The translations under genes and the position numbers were made by a program. The notes under the pieces are model-generated. The model did no database searches, was not told the DNA's origin, and saw only the letters and a program-made list of their open reading frames with translations. Positions 54,456 to 64,000 of a stretch of 64,000 bases of DNA are shown one piece after another; position 1 is the stretch's first letter; every line of letters starts with the position of its first letter. Source of the stretch: Octopus vulgaris (taxonomy: Eukaryota); the NCBI GenBank assembly GCA_951406725.2, contig OX597821.1:10106001-10170000 (forward strand), read 5' to 3'.

Positions 54456-55164
54456 GAAGATGATCGCAGTAACTATACTAGCAAATAATGTTTGTTACAA
54501 CTTCAACATGGCTGTTCCGTTCGAACGGATGTTACTGCGACTTTTTAACCCCAAGATGGCATTTCTAGTAGTAACGAGGCAACCTGATATAAACTGATAT
54601 AAATTGGGCAGGGTAGCGAACCCACACCAACTTCGACCAACTGGACTCGTAGACCAGACTAGTTACGGGCTATTTTGCAGTTCCGCAGTGCTGGAAACCT
54701 CGTCCGCTAGGGATGGCAGTAGTTCGCAATATATATAAATGCAAGCGACGTTCAGTTGCTGACCATGTAACAAGCAAAGAATGCCAATTGAATTTATATA
54801 TACTGGGAACAGAAGCGAGCTATTGTTATCTCTGGCAGATAAGCGTAGAACTAAGCAGAAACCTGGCATGTTTAAGAACTGATATTTACGTACATGGAAC
54901 GGGAAATATAGAAGAAAACTAGTAATATAGAGCAGTGACTGTGAATGAGAAAAAGAGAGAGAGAGAGAGAGAGAGGCAGAAAAGATATTCATATTACATG
55001 TACTCACATATTAATGCATACACATATACTTTTATATAAAAATGTATATATACATACAGACTGACATACGTATATATACACACACACGCACACACACACT
55101 CACATATACATACATATATGTATGTATATATGTATATATATATATGTATATATATATATTTTTT

Positions 55165-55530
55165 TCTCTCTTACTTGTTTCAGTCATTTGACTGCGGCCA
55201 TGCTGGAGCACCGCCTTTAGTCGAGCAAATCGACCCCGGAACTTCTTCTTTGTAAGCCCAGTACTTATTCTATCGATCACTTTTTGCCGAACCGCTAAGT
55301 GACGGGGACGTAAACACACCAGCATCGGTTGTCAAACACACACATATATATATATATATATACATATATACGACAGGCTTCTTTCAGTTCCCGTCTACCA
55401 AATCCACTCACAAGGCATTGGTCGGCCCGGGGCTATAGCAGAAGACACTCGCCCAAGATGCCACGCAGTGGAACTGAACCCGGAACCATGTGGTTGGTTA
55501 GCAAGCTACTTACCACACAGCCACTCCTGC
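55165..55530 (-). mobile_element. Near full-length tRNA-derived SINE (family A), low divergence
   Basis: Minus 5' gcaggagtggctgtgtggtaag (A box)...ccgggttcagttcc (B box), ttgggcgagtgtc, internal (TA)/(TG) tract, 3' gactgaaacaagtaa. Confidence 0.9.
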
Positions 55531-55592
55531 TGTATATATATAAAATAATATGTATATATATAAAATAACATGTTACAATTACTCAATTGTCA

Positions 55593-55655
55593 AGATAAAA
55601 CTCTGAGTTTCAGATGCCGAAGTGGAAAGACCCAACACCATCTCTTCGGTTATCT
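55593..55655 (-). ncRNA. Hammerhead-like motif (variant core)
   Basis: AGAUAA-CCGAAGA-GAUG...CAUC-u-GAAA-CUC(a)GAG-UU-UUAUCU: perfect 6-bp stem I, 4-bp stem II, quasi-palindromic stem III, U4C core change. Confidence 0.55.
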
Positions 55656-55799
55656 GGCCATCTGAAAAACGCTATGAAAAGATACCGTTATATAAAGTGA
55701 AATTACTGTGTTATAATTCTGCTACTTATATAAAATAAGATTAAAATTTCATAGTCTAGTCATATGCTCACATGTGCGCTCGCGGACCCACGTCGTACT

Positions 55800-55830
<31 letters not shown>

Positions 55831-56797
55831 GCGTATGTGTGTGTGTATATATATATATACTATTGTGTTGGTGCATGATTATTGCGGCTTGTTTTCAACA
55901 AAATTTATTCAACCAAAACAAGAACATGTAAGAAAGTCATCTTTAAATGTTTTTCTGGAGCATATTCACATTCTACTTCAATTACTGCTTTCCATTTGCT
56001 AGGCGGACTGTCAGACCGTCATTTAAAGATGTTTTTGATAAACATTGTTATTGTTTTTACTGAACAAAATTTGTTGACAAAAGCTGCAACGATTACGTAC
56101 CAACCCAACATAATGGAGAAAACTGCTTATTAATTAGGTATGTAACAATTACGAAAATAATATATGAACGCAATTATGTAAGGCTTTGACCGTCTGGAAG
56201 TATTTTTATGAATTCATGTTTTGTGAAATTTCCTGAAATTTCGATTTCTCAAGTTTATTGAATTTGTTTAACTCTAGTTTCACGCATATTTAAATATTTA
56301 TTGCATTCATTGCAGAATATTAATTTGCTAATTGGAAAAACAGTAGGTTATTCTATTAATGTATACGCAATGTAAAAATATTTAATGATTGAACAATTTT
56401 GAAAATACCTTTATAAATTTCATATATTAAAATTTCAAGTGATATTCTTGTCTGTTTGAAACACTATAAACCGTATAATAAATATCCGGACCGATTTGGG
56501 CCATTTCCCTTTTTAAATTAAAAACCATGGGAGGAGCCTTTGGTAAAAAAAAAAAAAAAGCAAATTGTAAATATATTCAGAAGAAATGGTGAACAATTCA
56601 AGGGAGGTTTCGCTGTTTTTTCTAGCATAACCCAAATCACCCCCACTTTTCACTCTCACATGTATTGATGTGTCTTCAATATTTTTATGTCATGAAACAC
56701 ATTTTATGGAATGCTGATGCCAAAGCAGCACACGCGTGGTCTATTGTTGAAAGAAAAACAACTAAATAAATTCTAATGTAAGTTTTTACCCCAACCG

Positions 56798-57015
56798 TTG
56801 CTTTGAAACCGCAACCTGTTCACTGACAAAACTTCGTGCTACATCACTTTTGTGAAGTTTTGTCACTGAACTGGTCGCGGTTTCAAAGCAAAGAAAATAT
56901 TTTGAGACAGACGAAATTTAATTGTTGAAGTGAAAATAACATATTCCACGCAGTAATTGTTTTTGTTTCAACGCACGACCTCAGATCAAGTCACTTATTA
57001 TGCAAGTATATCTCC
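56798..57015. repeat. Hairpin (38-bp arms, 18-nt spacer) plus continuation of the 51827-52315 repeat family
   Basis: 56798-56835 pairs with 56854-56891; the right copy continues like 52140-52315. Confidence 0.85.
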
Positions 57016-57204
57016 GTTGTTGTTTTTTAAATCACTGTGGATAAATGCTAGAAATTACCTTCTAGGGTCTCCAATATTTTAATTTGTAAACAGAAACAGT
57101 AGTTGGTAGGCAGTGGTGTGCATAAAATACATAATTTCACAAATTTTCTTATTTATAGCATATAAATGTTCTTATGGGGAAAATACTGAAAAACGTCAAT
57201 CGTC

Positions 57205-57570
57205 TCCCAGGACCTGATGGTCAATCGGTATTCCTAGTGGGATATTTTGAAACGTTTGAGGGAGGACATTAGACGAGAGTGTCCGGATCAGTGGAGCACG
57301 AATAACTGGATTCTACACAAAGACGATGTACCCTATTATTGTGCTCTCATTAATCGTGAGTTTCTCACGAAAAGAAACATAGTATCAACCCCGACCCGCC
57401 CTATTCGCCAGGATCAGTCCCTTCAAACTCTTACTTGGATTGAAAATGTGGCTGAAGGTTGCGGTTTTGACACCGTTGGCGAGTCGCAGAAGGTTCTTGA
57501 CTCACTTTCCAAGCTGGATTCCAAAAGTGGCAGGAAGGCTGGTTGCGATGTACGGCTGTACAAGGAGATG
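57205..57570 (+). mobile_element. Mariner transposase catalytic-domain remnant
   Basis: LKRLREDIRRECPDQWSTNNWILHKDD.P...REFL.K.NIVS...YSP...ESQKVLDSL...FQKWQE (cf. LH.DNAP.H, PYSPDL). Confidence 0.8.
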
Positions 57571-57688
57571 ATGTCAGGACTTAAGAAAGAAAGTTAATTT
57601 TTATTAAACTCTTTGCTACCCACTCATCTAGATATATAGAGAAAGAAAAAGTGGGAACATTCAGAAGTCAAACGTTCATGTATAATCA

Positions 57689-57738
<50 letters not shown>

Positions 57739-57753
57739 ATATGAAAATGCGAG

Positions 57754-57808
<55 letters not shown>

Positions 57809-58029
57809 TGTTTGTGTGTATTTATTTGTATGTATATATAATGTGTCTGAATATATATGTGTATGTATATATAAAAGCATGTATTCGCATATGCATTTGA
57901 AAGTGCTTCTGTATTACGGTAGTTCCTCTACACAGGAAATTTCGGTTTCCTTGCTTATTTTAGAAGTCACGTTAATAATGTCGTAGTATTATATATAAAG
58001 CACATTTGGTAAGGTTGGTAATTCTTTGA

Positions 58030-58400
58030 CGATTTTTACTATCACATCTTTTTTCTCAAACCGCAAGGTAAAATTATAAAGTAACATTGATGCAGGTGAA
58101 CGCTGAACTCAAATGAAAGTACCGAACATACATTGCAGCAATAGATTTTCTGATTGTTGTAGTTATGCAGCAGCTTTGTATATGTTAAAAGGTATGCCAA
58201 GCAGGAAATTTGTATAATGAACCAACTCTTCATATATTTGTGTAATCATAATGTCTGTTGCAAAAAATACCATCTTCAAATCTACACTTTGGCAGTAATG
58301 TAAACATTTGACAAGTGAAGATATTCGTCTTTTTAATTCAATTTTACAGTCTTTCACAAAGTAAGATGCAAAATCTTGGCGTTGGCACTCTGTTCATATG
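58030..58400 (-). pseudogene. Possible hAT (Buster/SPIN-like) transposase C-terminal remnant
   Basis: Across a frameshift: ELKRRI...MFGTFI/SAFTCIN, similar to MFGSTY.CES.FS.MN of the hAT dimerisation domain. Confidence 0.4.
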
Positions 58401-59909
58401 ACTGAAGGTATATTCATGTGAAAAATCCATTTATGTATTATGTTTCACGACCAAGGGCGAAATGGATCTATAGAATAAAAGCAATAATTACAATTTGTAA
58501 TTATATAAGTGCAATTATCTAAGTCTATGATACTATAATTATAATAACCTTTTATCTAGGTTTATGATACTATACTTATAATAACCCTTTTCTGCTATTA
58601 GCCTAACATTTAAGGAATAGATCAAATCGATTACGTCGCCCACAGTGCTTGACTTAATTTATGAACCATGAATGGTCGAAATGCCGCCAACCACGATGTC
58701 ATTTCACCACTGTATGTAAATTCGGAAGAAATGCTGCTAATCATTTTGTCCACAACGACAACGATTCTGAAAAATCGCCACCTTCTTATGATAATGACAA
58801 TACCTGACGTTCGCAAATATATTTGGTACACACGAGGTTCCTTTGCGTTTATTCTCGTTTCTAACATGCATCATCATTTGTAGATGGCATACATTTTCCT
58901 CAGTATGCGTGTCTAAGTACTTTAGGATATTGTATCTGTAATATGCAATAACTTAAACAAATTGATCACGTTATATTTATTATTTCGTACTGTCGTTCCC
59001 ATATCTTATTAACGGCATTTCGCTGACAGGAATTAAGACCATACTGAAATTAATTAGATGTAATAATAACAACAGAAACAGATGTTCAAATTTATCAAGA
59101 CATAAACACAATATTGGCGGTTAACTACTCAACATGAAATCACCTTTAGTATCACGATTATTGATTAAGGTATGGGAAGATTTGAATATATCTGAAGTTT
59201 CGTACGTTAGGCATATTTAGTAGGTTTATATTCCCAGTTCAAATTACAGCCGATGTTGATGTAAAATTAAAATATTTTGATCGATTTTAAACGTGAACGT
59301 AATTTACTGTTCTTCCTGCTTCTATTTAGCAATGTTTTTCACTTACTGTATCTGCCATGTTCTTTTGCGTAATAATTTCGATTTTGAAATCTTGAAAAGA
59401 CTGTATCTTGATTAACTATTTCGAATTCTATTCTTGATTCAAATTCTTCCAAGATCAACATTCCAATCCTTTCGCTGATTTTGTCAGATTCCTGATGGCA
59501 ATACCATTGCACAATATTTACAAACAAGTATTACCTGACTTCAAATCTTGTCAAAGTAGTCCTTTATATAAGCCGTGTATATAAGGTAAAATGGAATATT
59601 TTGTTTTTAGAAACATTCCTCTCCATCTCTTCATAGTATCACCTTGTTTCTCTATCAGAAATTATTATTAATAATGTTCAACGCAGCTACCTAGCAGAAT
59701 CTTCAGCCTATTGGATAATATGCTTACTGGATTTATTTAGAGCTCTTTAAGTTTTGAGCTCAAACATCCTAGAGATTTACATCACTTCTGATCTTTTGAT
59801 GGTAGATAAAATACGAACATGTTAAGCACAAAATCGATAACATTCCGTCCATCCATTTCACTGGCTTTGTGTCAGAATTTCAAACCTTAATAAGCATTCG
59901 TTAATGATA

Positions 59910-60260
59910 AGGTCGCGAGCTGGCAGATTTGATACCTCCCCGGGTAAAATACTTAGCAGCATTTCGTTTGACCTATAGATGCGAGTTCAAATTTCTCCGA
60001 GGCATACCTAGCACTTCTACATTTAGGCATTGCCAATATAAGTAGCAATCAACTTATTCCTTCCTCGAACTTGTTGGACGTTTGCCAAAAATGTAAAACC
60101 AATATTCCTAAATGTAGAGGGAGTGACCTGGCAGAACTGTTATCGCAGTGAGCTAAATCCTTAGCAACAATTTGTCAGCATTTAACGTTCTTAGATCACA
60201 TTCCGCTTCTGCCTTTCATAATTTTGCGGTCGCTGAAATAAGTGCCAGTCGAGCACTTAT
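59910..60260 (+). mobile_element. Two tandem old tRNA-SINEs (family B)
   Basis: Heads aaggtcgcgagctggcaga (59910) and gagtgacctggcagaactgtta (~60121); gagttcaaatt B-box-like; cctttcat...aaataagt body. Confidence 0.6.
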
Positions 60261-61394
60261 GCCATTGTGAGACGATGTGATAATGAATTTGAAGTGCCTT
60301 GCAGGATGTGGCTTGCGCTTATCGTCTACTTCTCCTTATATTCCTTTTTTCGTATTTTTTATGTCATTCGCTTCAATTCGCTTTGGCAGTGTATCTAACT
60401 TCATATCATGCATCCATATTTAATTGCCCGTTTCTAAACGTTTCCTTAGCACACTATTGCAATTTCCTTGCAGGTTTCTCCTTACAACAAACAATGTACA
60501 ACTTACGTTCGGTTGTACATATATCTGCATCGGTCCGTGATTAGTGGATTAAAAAAAGCTACTTGTAACATATTTGTATCTTTTTAGCTGTAATAAAATT
60601 CATATCTCATGTAGGAATTAAGTTAATGGATACTGAAACTGTAACTTGAGATATTTGCAATAACCTTTCACGAAGAATGGTCAGCAATTCTCTTCATCGT
60701 ACTGTATATTCTTCGAGCATTTACGGGATGTCTAATATTGGTTTGAATGTTTGGTAGGAAGCCAAACAATTCGGCGGAAGGTTGCTCAACGTGTAATTAG
60801 TATGTAAAGCAAAGCCCACCTTATCGGATTTTGAACGTAATCAATTTTCTTAAAGTTTTTAATGCCGTTTCTCAAACATGTATTGTATAAAGATAATTTC
60901 GCTAAAATATATCATTCCACAGCATTTTATCTTTCTTATTTTTATGCTTCTTTCATAAATCCCATGGCACCATATATTTTTGAAACAGCAGTATATTTGC
61001 TTTCATTTTGATTACTTCCAATACCAGGTTGTAACTTTACGTATTTGTATTAAAAATACATATATTGATGCTAACAATACACAGTTCCCAATCTAATGTA
61101 CAACGTTTTGAAATTGTGATCCTGTGTACAATATCCAGTGGGGTAATCTGAATATGCATCTATTGTCTGAAAATGTTCAAATAACTCAGTTTTGTTGCTC
61201 GCTTTGTTAAAATCTCATTTCTCTTCACAACGGTAGATCTCAGAAAGATCATTAATTCCATTGCATGTACAAAATAATTGGTGAATATTTACTGATAGGG
61301 TATTTTAAATTGTTTTGTCATACTGAAGCGTTAAAAGTGGGTGTTTCTCACAAGTTGAATGTAAACATCATTTTAAAAATTTCTAATAATGATT

Positions 61395-61530
61395 TCTGAG
61401 AAAGGTACAGGATCAGCAGTCTTGAGAAGCGGGAATTAATCGATTTCATCGATCCTAGTTCTAGAGTGTGCTTCATTTTATCGACTGCAGTATAATGAAA
61501 GATAAAAATGACCTCGGCGTGATTTCAACA
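61395..61530 (-). mobile_element. tRNA-SINE fragment (family B)
   Basis: atcgatttcatcgatcctagt...ttttatcgac...atgaaag...gacctcggcg aligns with 13490-13580. Confidence 0.55.
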
Positions 61531-63059
61531 CTTGCTATATTAACTATCCTCGAATAAATCAAGAGAGTTAGAATGCACAGATTTTAATACAAAGTTATAG
61601 GGAGTTCATTTTTTTCGTGCATGTCCATATATTTATAAGGGCATGTATATTTATATTTTGCTCCCACTCTCTTCCTTCTCAGCTGACATTTATTTATTTC
61701 TTCATCAACAACGTGTTAAGCATTTATCAGGAAACATCCCTCGTTTTTTTTTACTTCTCCCCGTTATTGATATAAAGAGATTTTTTTCTTTTATGAATAC
61801 ATGCTTATAAATGCTTAACACGAATTCCAAGACGTAATTCACATAATACAGGGGAAAATTATTTTCAATGTGTGAATGAATCATAATGTATAATCCTATT
61901 GACAGGAAAAGGGATTTCACACACGATGTTTATCAGGTTTTACGAGCGATATTCTCTCCGCTGTAAAGGAGTGGAGACGCATAGGGAATCACTGCGTGAG
62001 GCATGAGAATTGCCTCACTGTTCAAAGAAAGTGAATTGAATACTAAAAGAGCAAAATGAATAATTCCGCCGAAAAGAAAAGTAATATAATCATCGAAATT
62101 AAACGCACAGACATACGCACACTCACATACAAAAACAAACACTCAAATACACAGACATACACACACGTTGAAATATAAATAATGGCACACATACAAACAC
62201 AGTGTGTGGCGAGGTGTGTATGTGTCTGTGAATTCTAGCGAGCGGAGAAGACTTTGTGAAACAACGGTAGAACTCAACAATGACATGTCAAAAGAACTGA
62301 TAAACCCAGAGTTTATCGATGGTGAACTTGACAAAATGAATACAGGAAGGTACATAGAAATTACTGATTTGGTCAATAGACACAATTTATAACTGGAGAC
62401 ATATGCTGCCTTCTGCATTCTTACCTTATTGAATGAGAGGAACACTTCGATTATACACGTTTCTTTGGTTTGGTAGAGTGAGAATGCTGAATTCACCAGA
62501 TATCCTATAACTCACCAGGTTTGTAGTCTAGAACAGCAAATCAAGTACATATATGAGGATGAAGCACATCCTAAAAATGAGTCATATACCCCCAAGTACT
62601 TTCTAGTTAGCACACACAGTGCACACAACACACAAGATATCGTGATCTCTTGTCAGTGCCCTAGTCTATTTCATTGGCTTCCAAATCAGCTTGGCATCCT
62701 CTATTCATCTAGGCATCCGTGGGATGATTTCTGTTCTGGTCTGGCATTTAAACAATTACACTGAGCTAAGTATTCGGAACTTCGAGAAAATAGTTTTTGA
62801 TTATTGTAGTTTACTTTAGATATTGTTGTGGTGCTCATTGTAAATATTAAAATAACTCCTTCTCATTTCCTAAGGTTTTCTCACATTGTGTTGGTAACAC
62901 GTACTATAATTTGTAGTTCAATCCAAATATGTAAGTTAAATGCAAGTACTAAGACAGAATTTCAAATTTCATCTAGCAAAATACAATGGTACAAACGCAA
63001 TGAAATGTGAGAAAAAAAATTTCTCAATGGGTCGTTCGTTTTCTGGGTCCAGCACTTGA

Positions 63060-64000
63060 AACTATAATTTCGTTTGAATCTACACCCAGTACTCTTGCGC
63101 ATGTGATCGGTACATTGACAATACTGATGCATCAACCAGACATTTCGTCTTCCCTGATATCTTCTTTCTATCACCTTCATGGTATGATGAACCCCCCCCC
63201 CCGGTCCTCATTAAAATAACTAGATTTTTCGGCGGAAAATTAAGATGCACATATAAGAAATCAATTTTAATATTCATTTTCTATCATGTCTTGAATTTCT
63301 TAGTATTCTCTTAACTATGTCTTAGTAGTTCGGAATCTTGTGATTACTCAAGGATGTTATTCTTCACAATTTATAACTATTCCGTGCTTCGTTTTCAAAA
63401 TTCACATCCTTGAGAAGTTTCCTTATAGTTTCGAAACCTTGAAACCTGGTATTTGATACAGCAGGAAACTTGCTATGGAAATAATTCAAACCCTCTCCAT
63501 TCCGTAGGAAAACGCTTGCAGAGTGCTACAAGAGGCTATCACTTATATGGAGCGGCAGCCAAAGTACATTTTTCAAATCAATCAATCATTCGTTGTTCCC
63601 GATATAAGCATACACTTACTTGACAATTCATTTATAAAGCTAAGGAGGTTCCTTGATCAACTTTCCCATTCACACAAGAAGCAAAGTAACTTTGTGCAGC
63701 GTGACTTATCCCAGAAACGTTCAGATTATTGTCAAGTCGCCGCAAATAATCTAATGATATTTGAATTTAATCTTTGTGTAAGTATGACAGCAAATATTTA
63801 TTAACATTATGCAGCAGAACACCATTGAGACTTCTGTTAGGAGAGTCAAGGAAGAGTCTCCATTGCTCTGGACGTAACTTGTGGCAATCATTCTTATTAG
63901 TCGTGATGCATCTCTAGAATAAACCAAATCATCTACTTGAACGAAAGCAAGACCAGTATTTTTCGTACTAATGAAACTAATAGAATGATGATCGAGGAAC
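63060..64000 (-). pseudogene. Degraded DNA-transposon transposase, Chapaev3 (CMC)-like; runs off the window
   Basis: Minus strand across frameshifts: LVYSRD...QWRLFLDSPNRSLNGVLLHN, IICGDL, TKLLCFLCEWES, LPLHI, KFPAVS, MNIKIDFLYVHLNFPPKNL, IERRYQGR..YC. Confidence 0.82.

Noticed and set aside
58527-58590. Short direct repeats (also 26892-26932) that could suggest a CRISPR-like array
   Set aside because: Only two units each, no unique-spacer series, eukaryotic context; ordinary tandem duplications.
59339-61300. Possible further transposase relics (hAT- or MULE-like) or exons on minus
   Set aside because: Scattered weak resemblances with no ordered motif series.
62204-62760. Short ORF and neighbouring RTE-like traces
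   Set aside because: Probably very old RTE debris, but too little similarity to call; no evidence for a host gene.

Overview
This is AT-rich, microsatellite-dense eukaryotic DNA made almost entirely of decayed transposable elements. It is metazoan, and the tRNA-SINE families, (TA)n/(TAA)n/(GATA)n load and TTAGGG hexamers fit an octopus or other coleoid cephalopod genome (my inference). I recognise no intact protein-coding gene; nearly all long ORFs in the track are microsatellite artefacts or TE remnants. Two strand-polarised nests of R4/Dong-type (RLE) non-LTR retrotransposon fragments sit in TAA repeats (6.9-13.1 kb on +, 35-42.3 kb on -), along with five copies of a TAA-tailed non-coding retroposon. 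Other retroelements are a degraded Penelope-like (Naiad-type) element, RTE and L1/Tx1-like LINE ends, and many tRNA-derived SINEs. DNA transposon remnants include mariner pieces and MITEs, an IS630/Tc1-like transposase resembling oomycete families, a Chapaev3-like transposase and weak hAT relics. Several minimal hammerhead-ribozyme-like motifs are present. The most notable item is a TSD-bounded 395-bp cassette (19305-19699) joining a tRNA-like Pol III head to inverted hammerhead-like arms, a candidate Penelope-mobilised, ribozyme-bearing SINE. One possible small host exon lies at 53059-53126. All family assignments come from motifs recognised by eye, not database searches.
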